A stretch of DNA of 64,000 nucleotides from Tubiluchus corallicola (lineage: Eukaryota > Animalia > Priapulida): NCBI GenBank assembly GCA_030141605.1, contig JAQGDQ010000003.1:1612001-1676000 (forward strand), given 5' to 3'. Each line of letters starts with the position of its first letter. The stretch's first letter is position 1. The notes under the pieces were generated by a model. It was given only the letters and a program-made list of their open reading frames with translations. It made no database searches and was not told where the DNA came from. Below, piece after piece: positions 13,501 through 26,025 of this stretch. Both the position numbers and the translations under genes were made by a program.

Positions 13501-15468
13501 TTTCACGCGCTACAAAGCACACATACACGTACGTACGCACACGTGCGCGCATGCACAGTAATTACTCAACTGCTTCAAATAACTACCGCTACGTGGCTCT
13601 CAAAAGTCAAGTCTAGCCACGTAGCTATGCCTACTAATAAGCCGAATTCACCAATATATAAAAATTGTTTTAACCGCAATTACCTGATTCTCTAAAACTC
13701 TGTCAGCTGCGTAAGTTTTTAGAATTACTAGAGTTCTAGAATTTTGTGGCGTGAGATATTTTTCTGACAGAGTTAACTTTATACACCACTCCTAATATAA
13801 TGGCAAACATTACAAACATATGTAATATAATTGGCACATAAGTTTAGAGAATTTTAGACAACATAAAACTGTTCTTCATGTAATATGCCTAATATGGCTA
13901 AAACAGAAACAAATGTTACAGGTGATCTGCTACAGTTAGCTCAGTACTTTTTTTTAATATTAGCAAGTTGCTTATATATAATATATAATTAGTTAAAGAA
14001 AAAAAGAACAGCAATAATAATATTAAACAACAAATTTTTAGCCATATCATTTTTATAATACTTCTGCCAATGCCAGAAGATGAATATATTGATATGGCAA
14101 CCTAATCACTCTGCAAAAGTAGGATAATTACAGTTTATAAATTTAAACAAGAAAGACTTCATAAAGCATACTAACATATTTTATTAAAAACTTAATGAGA
14201 TACCACGACATACAAAGTGTGACGACTTTCAGCACTTGCAGCTATAGCGAGCTACACGCACAGTAGATTATAATACGACTCGCTTAATAAGTTTATTAGT
14301 ATATGCTGCGGTGCCAACTTTATGGCAACATGGCAAATAAACAAGATGTTTCAGAAAAAGTAATCAGTCGAAATGGTAAAAAATTTATAGAAACTTTCAT
14401 GGAGGTATGACACGTTTAGCACATTTAGGTGATATTTGCAACACTAGCGTAATTACAAGCCCCCCGTGTGCAGTACCTTGGCATTATTGTATAACGTGGT
14501 GCAACCCTAAATATACCATTAAGTAATTCCGTGTATACAATGTTCAATGGCTGACATAAAATCACTTTATTTTATTAGGCGCGAAGAAACATGAATTATT
14601 TGCTGAATCTTCTTGCAGATTTTCATAAATTTGGCAGCATAAAGTTATTATTATTATTACAGCCCTACTGCATTCCTATAATGGACGTTCAGACTGGAGA
14701 CAGAAAAGCATTTTCAGCAATTTCTAAAATTGATTATTTCTTGCAAGTTCTTTTCTAACATAAACATGGCCGGCAACTCAGCTAATCTAATATTATAGTT
14801 TAACCAAAGTAGCAATTTAGACCAATAACTTGTAGCTAAATGGGTTTTGACCGGAAATGCAGCATCCAAAAAACGCTGATACGCATAGTTTTCTTCAAAA
14901 GAAGAAAAAAGCTAATTCAAATAGGATATAAACAGTTATTCTTAATGCATTGTAAACCTACTGAACACAGTCACAGACAATGCCAAGTATAGAACAGACT
15001 TGAACATAGAATAAAACTCCGGGCACTACTGAATTGTAAATATGCAGGCCCAATTTATTTTTTGTGCATTTATTTATAAGTGACTTATTTTTAATGACCA
15101 ATATTTTCTACGAAATGCGTATAATTATAAATTAAGCTATAGTAAAAGATAATTTTGAAAAAAAATTTAAAACAGCTTTATCTGTTACAATAAACGAATT
15201 TAAATCTAAACAATAAAAAGGAGTTTTTTATGCAAAACTATTAATGAATGTTAAAGCTATATTTTGTAGACCTATATGCACCATAATCCTAAGACCTACA
15301 TATTTTACTGTTGAACTATTTGTAATTTTAATGAATTTGATTTACAAAATTTCTACAAAATTTGTTCTACAAATTTCTTCTACAAAAATAAAAAATAATA
15401 ATCAATGGTTGTGCTTAGATTTTACTATAGGTGCCTCGAAAAGACCGCATTGTTTTGAAATGAATGCA

Positions 15469-15498
15469 CAGTCAAAGAGAAGTAAAAATTGTGCACGT

Positions 15499-15566
<68 letters not shown>

Positions 15567-15629
15567 ATATATATATATATATAGATATATAGATAGATAG
15601 ATAGATAAGTTGAGCATATGCGCATATGC

Positions 15630-15694
<65 letters not shown>

Positions 15695-15746
15695 AATAGG
15701 AAAAAAATAGAGATAAATGTGCATAATTTCTACTTCTCTTTGATTG
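15469..15746. repeat. 36-bp inverted repeats flanking a compound (ATCT)n(AT)n(AGAT)n...(TA)n(GA)n microsatellite
   Basis: Arms at 15469-15504 and 15711-15746 are reverse complements at 32/36 positions. Confidence 0.9.
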
Positions 15747-16572
15747 CACACATTATTTCAAGAATCGTCTACTACACGTTTTCCAAAAGTTCTTTTTGGG
15801 TTGCTTTTGTAACCTATTGTGGGCCTGTATTTACCAAAAGTTATTTTCACTGCAAACTAATGTGAATAAAAGAGTGGCTACGAACTCATCCCATATTTGA
15901 CGCAGATCCAGATTAATTCGAGCAAAGCAAAAACGTTTTAATTTGCATTGGCGGAAAATCCAATTAACGATACAAATATTAGTGTTATTCATGTATGGCT
16001 GGGCAAACAAACCGACAATGTGCGTGAGTCAGTGACTAGAAGATAGGATCAGAAGTCAGAGTATTTACATGTGTCCAATGCTAAACAATCTTCGCTGATT
16101 GATGGTGAAACAACTCAGAAGCTCAAGTATTCACAAGAAACATGTCCGCCGGCAGTAGCAAATTGAAGAAATAGTTACAGAAGCCAAAATCAGGTCATTC
16201 AATGGAAGACGTAACTACGCGAATACGGTTCAACCTGAGACATGTCTTAACAATTACCAACGGCGTTTCTCGACGTTAAATTATACATTTTTGTATGCTT
16301 AATCTTTTTTATCTAATTATGGTTAATTTTACAGTTAAACATCGAAATTCAGGGTTACGTGGTATTTTAATGCTGTTGATTGTTGTCAGCTGGTAGCAGC
16401 TACGTCAGTTTCCTCATTAAATGAGTGACCATCCAACAATTATCCTTGCGCAGTGCAGGTCCTGCCACCACCGGGGATTTAAGCATAAATTAGGAGATGA
16501 TATTAACCTCGCTGTACCTGTATTGTTCTTCGGTAACAAGGAAATTAACTGAATGGTTATGTATATGCTAGC

Positions 16573-16621
16573 CAAACGAGGTTAAGCAATAGCGGGTCTG
16601 GTTTGTAAATGGTAGGTGATC
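16573..16621 (+). mobile_element. Degenerate 5S-rRNA-like SINE segment
   Basis: AACGAGGTTAAGCAATAGCGGGTCTGGTTTGTAAATGGTAGGTGATC resembles the 5S box A to box C region (ACCGAAGTTAAGCA...GGGCCCGGTTAGTACTTGGATGGGTGACC). Confidence 0.4.
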
Positions 16622-19600
16622 AGCATTCTGGGTCACTTTCTCAATATGCTGTCCCGGCTATATATATGTCCCGTTCACGGAAGCGGTCTCAGCATCCGAG
16701 CGTGGCAAAGGCACTAGTGCGGTTCAGTATCTGTTCATGAAAAATTAGTCATATAAATTGGCTATAATCGATCCAGTCACAATCACAGACCTGTTGCTGA
16801 GTGTTGGATCACTTGCAGTGCCGAAGAGACTAGAATATTAAAGAAATTCATCCAGTTTAACTCATTTTTCTTCAAAACGTTAATCCAGCTCAACTTATTT
16901 GCTACATGCTAATATCCCAGTAGCACGCCCTCCTGCTACTGCTGTAAATCTTGTTCAGATAAAGTGCTAAATAGATTTCATTTTTGGTTTATCATCCCAA
17001 AGATGCTGTACGTTCATGTTTCCATGGCCACACAAGCATGGGAGATAAAGATAAGACGGCGAGAAAAAATTGATGGGCCAGAATTTAATCGCTTGAGATT
17101 ATAATAAAAATGCAATGCCTGATATTAGTCAGTATTATAAGCAGTGCAGGTTGCACAGTTTTGTTAATTACGTTGGCATACGTTCGGTGTTCATGCAATT
17201 CAATGAACAAATAAATTTCATGAAGCCAAATGGGTGTGCACTATGAAGTAATACTAATCAGCGAGTCATGGTAAGCGAGCATACATCATAAGGCAAGTGT
17301 ATGCTGTTCCAGACGAGTAGCTGCGACAAACACCCCTCCTGCTGATAATTAATACAATCATTGTTTTCAGTGGGCCATCAATAATTTTGGTAAAAATTAA
17401 TCTGTTCGTGGGCAGAGCCAATATAGCGTTGGATATGTAAGGAGGCGGAGCGATTAGAATGAAAGTTGGTTGATGCAATCATTCATAAATTCGATCATGC
17501 GCAATGTTACATTATTTAAGAAATTAAGGAAAACTACAAATAAAAGTGAGGAAGAAAAAAGACGCAAAAATATATAAGCCCGTACTTTTCACAAATTTAA
17601 ACCTTTTTAGGATTTAGGTTTGTATGTTTGTTTGTTTGTATTATGTATTATAATAACCAAATAAGTCGTCCCCATAATCTTAAAACGAGACGTGTTAAAT
17701 TTATAAAGTAAAATTTGTTCAACCTTTAGGTACTACTGATGGGGAATACTGTGTCACCTAGCTTTGCCATCCTCTTTTAACTGCTTCATAATTATTATAA
17801 AATCAACTAAACGATTTGATCACTACATTATGCAGATAACGGTTAAAGCACAAGAAAACCCTTTACTTACAAAAAAGATTAAAAAAATCGCCTAGCAAAT
17901 CACTTATATACTTCCTTATTGCGCACAGAGCTTGTATTATCAGCAACTTGCATAAAAAATGAGAATTTACACTCCCACGAGGCGCGAGGCCGTTAGGCGC
18001 AGCTATTTTGACGGTAGGTCGTTTGAAACAAGTTGAGATAACACTGCGAAAAGTTCGTAATCCGAGCATTCGTAGTACACACATGGCTAACTAAGCAAAA
18101 GTGTAAATTACTGCATCTTGTCAATAAGATTAAAATACGTTTTTGGTGAGTCAGTGGGTCACACTGGGAAGGTGAGTCAGTGACATCTCTTTTTTAGTTA
18201 CACAAGTTTTTCAAACAGCGAAGCGTAATGCTGAGTAATATAAGTTTACGCGGAACATTTTTAGAACATACTTGAAATGGCCTTTTCTTTCCCTTTAATG
18301 TTTAATTGACTTAAAATAAGTGTCATTACTGCCGTCATTCATAATAACACAATATTGTAGTATTGGTTTATTGCTGTTTGAGTCAAATAACTAATACTGT
18401 TTTGACACAGTAATAGAATTATAACACTCTAGCATTTAACTCCACTAACGGACATTGAAACCCTTTTTTCTATTTATATTAGTATTGTATTTGTTTACTA
18501 CGTATATGTGTACAATGGCCCAGTACCGCTACTTGGGTCTCAACTTACGAAGTTGTGATGAATGACTGTTTTCTAATTCTTCTGACGAATGATAACTATT
18601 ATATGCTCTGACCTTTTTTTCTTGAACTTATTTGTACTGCATTGCACTATCAGTTAATATGTCCTGCTTTTTGCAAATCCACTAAGATAAATAAAGTTTT
18701 TATAATAATACTGTTATTAACGTACATAATGTTGTAAGGTGTCCTCTCTACGCACATAATAAAAGTTATGGAGATTGCATTTGCAGGGCAGAAGTACGCT
18801 ATTATTATGCATTCAAGTACGCAATAAAAAAGCTTGCAAAACCTCTTACGCTGCTTTGTAATATCGCCAGTGCACTTTCCATACTTTTTATGGTGACTAC
18901 AGGCCGCGATTTTTCTATAAAAATAATGCATTTTTAATGCGAAGTCATTTCCAGCTCCTGACAAAATCTAATGCACTTTTAACTGATGATGTTCGCGTGA
19001 AGTTAATACGCCGTATGCATTAAAGGTTCTGTTAATTTTTAAAGTGAGCTCATATATATGAATATCTAGTGGACAAAGTTTAATCAGAAAATTGCAGAGT
19101 GCTATTTGCTCGCAGAAACCTGGTTATATGGTTAAAATACTCAAGATGCGTTTTAATAACACTGACGTTTAGACAGCCAAACAGGTTGCCCTGCATGGGC
19201 GTTTTGTAAAATTGCACGTGACGTCACTGTATCATGGAATAAAATTCTGCTTGTTGCTGTTTCATGGCTAATGTACACTTTTACAGTTAAATACAACAAT
19301 AATTATATAAGTGCGTATACATAAGTATGATTAAAAGGGTTCACTTTGCAGACCTACATAATTACATAACAATATACAGTAACATGCAGTAGACGAGAAA
19401 GTAGTACTTGAAGTGGATTTAATTTTTGTTGCAAGCAATTATTTGTAAAGATATCATTTTCACAAACTAATAAACTTTACTCAGTTCTAGTTATCGCAAA
19501 CAATTTGAAAAGTTAATATTCAATCTTGTAAGATCCGAACAGCTCAAAAAAAGCAACAGGATACTCAAAATGTGCACTTTCTTGTTCAAAATGTGTGTGT

Positions 19601-20543
19601 TAAAACTTAAAAACTTAGAGTAAGTTTAATTCAGTTTGAAATAATTCTTTAAATCACATATTTTGAGCATTTTCACCTCCAAAGTTATTGAGTACGATAG
19701 CTCCTACTCATTAAAAATGACTGGCCATCTTTAAATAGTGATAAGCACTGTTGTTATTCAAAAATACGCGAAGGCTTACTCAATTTTATTGTAAAGAGTG
19801 ATCCATTTGAATGACAAATAAAGAATTAATATTATGATAATATAATACATTATATAATTAATATATAATTAATAAAGATTATGATAAAGATAATGCAAAA
19901 AGTGAGCTAATAATTCTCCAAACCACGTGTTTTGAGCTCTATAATCATTTAAAAGTTACTCGCACTGACTAGGTTATCAAACGAATGACTGACTATTTTT
20001 AAAAAGTCAACCAACGACTTAAGTGAGTCAGTCCTCGGTCAAGAAACCAGTATTAAACACAGTTAAAAACGTGGCGCAAAGTTTTATACTTGAGTCTTAA
20101 ATTTTAAAATTTTTATGCTGAGCATATTGTAGCTGTAGGATTTATACAAAGAAAGTAAGTAATGCTGTGTTAACTGACTTGTTGCGTAATCTAAATAATG
20201 ATTAACCTAGGATCCCAAGGAGTTTAGCAGCAGTTACTCTTAGTAATTAAGCCAATATCTTGCTTGGAAGAAATCGATACAATGTTTATTTTGCGTTCTG
20301 CCAGTCAACACAAACAGACTGCCCAGGGTCTTAATGTATAAACTCAGCGTCTCATATGGTACTGATTAGCCAGAAATCCAAGTGGCTGAAATGAGTAAAA
20401 CGGTCAAATAAGGTCACAAATCTCACAATTTTAGACATTAGCTCTAAAACAGCAACCGTTTGTATTATTTTGCAGGACATGCTAACAGATGACGCTGAGC
20501 TCCTGGACAGTATAATTGTAGAATGAAGCCAACATTCACGTAG

Positions 20544-20547
<4 letters not shown>

Positions 20548-20581
<34 letters not shown>

Positions 20582-20592
20582 GTGTGTGTGTA
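20548..20592. repeat. (TA)n(TG)n microsatellite
   Basis: Directly visible. Confidence 0.95.
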
Positions 20593-20759
20593 TTTGTTGA
20601 ACTTTAATTTCAGCAACTTTTGATGTTTCAATGCATGGTGTTTCCGAAGTGTACCAAATGGATTTTAACACAATATGGATAAAAATTGAATTATATCATT
20701 AATGCTATAGTAAGTGGTTTTGTTAAGACATAGAAAAGTGCTCGGGCTGATAACCGTAC

Positions 20760-21002
<243 letters not shown>

Positions 21003-23010
21003 ACATTAGATTGTAGCTTGTCTGACTGAAATGCTTTATATAAGAACATCTTCTCGTCTGCCAACTGTTACTTGGAAAACTCTCACTATCATTTTTATAT
21101 TAGCAAAAACGTGACTTCTATTGTCCAATGAAATTTTCCTCTGGTAAGTTTATTTAGCAAAGATTGAAGCAGCACTAATAAAAAGCACAGATTTTCTTAC
21201 GTTCTCGTGTCAACAAACCTAGTAGGCAACTTGGAGGTTGATGTCCAATTTATGGCTTGTATAGCAACCGCGCGGCTGGGACCAAACCCAATTCCCACAG
21301 TAGCGCGCAGCTATGTAACGAAATCCCATAAAGACGTGGTAAGAAGTAAAGCACAACAGGGTAACTCTATCTAGTAACGCAAATCCAGTACACAAACTCG
21401 AGGCAGATCCAGAATATTTGTGTACGTAAACCTTTTTAAATATCCAAATTTCAAGCTGTTGTTTTGGCAGTTACGAAACCAACATCAATACCCGCAAACC
21501 GGAAACAAAATAAAATAGCACCCTTAATAAAGAAGTTCGAGAAAAAAGATACAAGCTAAGGAAAAGGATTGAAGCCATGCACCTGGCCTTAACTGCTGCC
21601 GCCATCTACAGCGATATTGTTTCACTAATGGTTAATAAGCGCCTAATACAAGCTTATACATGGTTCAGAAAAGTGAAATAAAAAAATATTAGTAAATTAA
21701 ATAACTTATGATTGTGCCAACAAATTTAACGAGATACCAAATGCAAAAACTGAAAATCAATAGTTAACAGCTGTACCAAAAATTAGTATTTTTATACTGG
21801 GCTTTTTAGTCAAGATGAAATTCATGAAAATGATATTAGGGCAGACCAAATTAAATGTCAAGATAAACTAAAACGTCATATTATCTTATATAAGTAGAAT
21901 GCGGGGAGAAAGTTAGATCACAGTTTCTATCAGAAACCATTTTTTCTTCCTAAATCAGAAGCGCAGTTTGTCTTAGATTAGCGTTCACCATATACATTCT
22001 AGACGAACACTCGAACTTATGACAACTTATCAAAACCTAATCTTTCCTGTTGTCGAAAGGAATCTGTGGAGCAGGTGGAGACTAAGGCGTACAAATCTCG
22101 AGAAATCTCGCGCCGATTCCCATGAGAGAGTATTTGGTAAAATCGCTACATTCATCATATTGCGCCATTTCGCATCGTGTATTTAGTTCGCTGTGCTACA
22201 CAACAAACATCGAGGTGAACAGGAAAAAACTTTCCACTTTCGAGTATCTACGTCAATAGTCTTTCGTTATTTGCAACATACGAAATCTGCAATACTAAAT
22301 TATTACAACCATACGCATTTTAAAAGAAATTATAAAAATGGACGCGAAATTACAAAAACTGCGTTAGTTCAAAATTATTAAAACTTTTCAAATGTGATGG
22401 TACTTTTAGGCCTATAACTAGAAAACATGCTGTAATTTAATCATATTGCCAACTACCCTAGCAAAAACTTAGTTTGTTTTCACAAGTGAATTTATAGTTA
22501 TTTGTACGCAATCTATGGATGAATGTATACATACGAAACCGGTAAATAAGCAAATACTTTAAAAATTTCACAGTGTGACACTATGATACATTGACTTTTG
22601 GCTTTAAAAATGTAAGTTTATACCTTTAGTTGCTTTATGTTCTGGCCGAAAAACTTCCGCATGTTAAAAATTTAAATGCGGAACAACGTCAAATTTTTTA
22701 TAAATAAATCATCAATTGAAAAATAGCCGTGTCGATGTATTTAAAGCACTCAATACATAGCAGAGAAACAATAATGAAATCAACGAGCTTACGTAATGGT
22801 CTTCACCACAGAACATAAAGTATTGATAAAGATTTATTGTAAAGAAAAAATGAAACTTTAAACTAATAGATTATCCTAAAACTGCAGTATTTGGATTCTG
22901 GAATTTCCAGAGAAAGTGTTCGACGACCGAACAGAGCCGTTTGACTTTGATGTGCTAACTTTAATTAGGGTCTACTGACTAAAATTGTCAAGGGCTGAGA
23001 TCCAATGGCT

Positions 23011-23316
23011 CTTAAAGAAGAAACTCTGTCATCTGTTGCAGGACACACCTTCGTCTTTTCAGCAATGAAAATGGTGGACGCATGGAGCACCTTGCTGTAA
23101 ATTTTAACAATAGTGACAAATAATTTTTATTTCGATATTTATTTCTTTGATATGTGTCCTTAAAGAACTAAGAAACTGTGTCATCTGTTGCAGGACACGC
23201 CTTCGTCTTTTCTGCAATGAAAATGGTGGGCGCATGGAGCACTTGCTGTAAATTTTAACAATAGTGACAAACAATTTTTATTTCGATATTTATTTCTTTG
23301 ACATGTTGTTTTAAAG
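23011..23316 (+). repeat. Recent tandem duplication, about 152-bp unit, 2 copies
   Basis: AAGAAACT..GTCATCTGTTGCAGGACAC... at 23018 and 23170, near-identical throughout. Confidence 0.92.
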
Positions 23317-24189
23317 CTTCCGCATCTCTGAGCAAATTTACGGGAATGGCTCAAATTTTTTGCGGTTTATACCTAAGTGTCTGTAACTCAGCTTGGCAAT
23401 TTTTAAGTGATTCCAATACTTCCTTTTAACATCGTGATTAAAACTTCGGCACGTTGTTTTGCGCTCCCAGATATATGAAATATAGCACGCCTTGTACTTG
23501 CAGTTGCTTCTTTGCATTAATAATAATACTTAATAACAAATTTTATAACAACAATGAATGATAATAAATACATGTATTTGGCTTACCTGAGTTACGAGAA
23601 TAACTCGTCAAAAGCCGCATACATAAAACATTATGGCTAACTTCTCCCATGATACGCTAGTACAGCACACATGCATGCAGTCTCTTACTAACGCACGGCA
23701 TAGTGATCATATCAAATTAATTAAAAATAAATAATTAATAACTATAAATATTAATGTGTAATTTTCATAATACAATGTATGCACAGGTCGTTGGGCATGC
23801 ATACATGCAAGGTACAGGTTTAATTTCTGCGAAGAACAGCTGAGTTAATATATGACTGATAGTCTTTATGAATCACAACGACAAGAAGTTTATTTTAAAT
23901 ATTATACGATATGTCAGATTTGCATCAAAATTATTCTTCAACATTAAAAAAGATCAGATTTTTATTTTGCGAATATAAAATTAGTGAGCGTTTCAGAATA
24001 AGTTATATAATAACAGGGAATTCAGCTTAAAATTTACAACATAGGTGACTTGTTTAATTGCAATAATGCTAATTAACGTGATTTTAAAATATGTATTTAA
24101 TTCGTTGCAGTTGTCTCAAATGTTAGTCAGGTGCCTTGAACTGAAGAATAGTAGTAATAGAAAACGCCTGTACTAAATATCGGTGCCAT

Positions 24190-24420
24190 TGTTTTTTGGG
24201 TTGAAACTCTCAACCCAAATCGCTATTCTGCTGGACGTTGTTGTTGTCATTGTTGTCGCTCTTGTCGTTGTCGTTTTTTTGTTGATGGGCAGCATTTGAA
24301 AAAAGCCCAAGGCTCCGTGAATTCGCAATGGATTTACATAAAACTTCACATGAATATTTACTATAGCAAATTTCACATCGACTGACGGAGTCGGTCCGCC
24401 ATTCGATCCGCCATTTTATA
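24190..24420. mobile_element. Non-autonomous Helentron/HINE (DINE-1-like) element remnant
   Basis: Subterminal perfect 10-bp hairpin TTTGGGTTGA-aactc-TCAACCCAAA, then a (TTG/TCG) microsatellite, then a core AAAAGCCCAAGGCTCCGT...CATCGACTGACGGAGTCGG. Architecture fits HINEs; family assignment is from memory. Confidence 0.5.
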
Positions 24421-25858
24421 TTCATTTTATATTCATTTCTAATCTACAGTCTTGAGTTAAGCGAGTTCCTCGGTCAAGTAGTTCGAATCGAACTAGTTTT
24501 TTTCAAATTAGCACGTATGTGGCGCTAAACAGTTTCTGCTTACTGCTTAGCAAGCATAATTTAGCTGCGCGAAGTAAATAAATTGTGTAATATTCCAGAA
24601 AACACAATCACCGCCACAATCTCACCAAACAATCAACTGACGGTAGTCAAAATAACTGCAAGCTAGTGGTGAAAGAACTTCATTAATATGAATGGCAAAG
24701 TGAAAAGGCACCAATAGTAAATAATTCAGTTGCTATTACAATAAACACGCACGCAAAATGGATTAATCTACGCAAGGGGAGGATCGCTTCAAACTACCGT
24801 CGGGGGAACTCAAGTAATTTAGGGCACAGACGCTTGCACCTAAACTAACTTGTTAACATTTCGTTGCAGCTTTGTAGCGCTCTTCCCACTGGAAGTTTAA
24901 CATTACGTCCTCTCGGGGCTAGCAAATTATTATAAAACCTTAGTTACATTAGGTAGAACTGGTCTGACTGTACTCCGTGGCAAAGTGGACCCGAAGGAGT
25001 TAAATCAGAGACTCATTTCTGCACGGGTGTTGAAAATTGCCAGTCCGCCATCGAAGTGTACCAAGGGGATGTTAAAAAACTGTGCCTCCAAGCTAAATCT
25101 GGGTTGACGGCAGGATAAAGATTATTAATGGTAGGTACGTTATCTTCAATTTAAATTTTTATTCATATTCTATGAAACTAAAGGCAGTGCTTAAATGCTG
25201 TTAATGGAATACCAAAAGCAGATTTTTTTATTTTAGAAACATCTGTTTTAATAATTTACATTAAATACAAAAGTTCAAAATCGGTGGGCATTTTTTTCAA
25301 AAATTATCAGCGCAATTTCTACTTTAACTTGATTTCCGACAAGTTAAACATCGGTTTAGCTGATTTGCTAGTCGTACAACAATTTCGCCGTTTATTTCTG
25401 TATGCAAAACTCAACCAGCCAGACTTGTCTATCTGTCTGTTATTGTTAAGAACTGTAGGCTTTAGGAATGAGCTTGGTGCAAGTCGTACCAAAATTAATA
25501 GGCTTTTAGAACCTGTTTCATTAATTTTCTATCCGACTGTAAGATCTTAGATACTTTTATAATAATTGTTGTTAACTGTAGTACATCTAGACCTATCACT
25601 AAGGCTTGCGGTAGTTGTAATTTTATGTCTGGATGTACTGCCTGAAATTTTTGAAATACAATTAAATGAAGTATTTTACGATAGTGAAAAATATTTCAAT
25701 TAAATGCCTTGGCACCAATTGCGCTAATACTTTTTAACAGCTTAGTAGTGCTACCATAATTATGGCAATTCATAGCAGAAACTTTCATTAGAAAGATATA
25801 GCGAAACAAATTGTGAAGTAGGTTTATTGTATTGTTAAACTGGTGTTCTTTAACTAAC

Positions 25859-26025
25859 AAATTCGCATTTCGAAAATACTCGCAAAACGAAAATTTTTAT
25901 ATCTTTTTATATATTTTCTGTGCTTAAAAATTCTTGTTCTTAATTATTAAATTCGCATTTCGAATACCTATATCTAATACGAAAACATTTTGCATCCTTT
26001 GCTCTATTTTCTCTGATTAAATATA
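25859..26025 (+). repeat. Diverged tandem duplication, about 90-bp unit
   Basis: AAATTCGCATTTCGAA...ACGAAAA..TTT at 25859 and 25949. Confidence 0.7.

Noticed and set aside
11882-13695. His/Arg-, Ile/Val- and Met-rich ORFs
   Set aside because: Translations of CAT/CGT microsatellites in several frames; no evidence of coding function.
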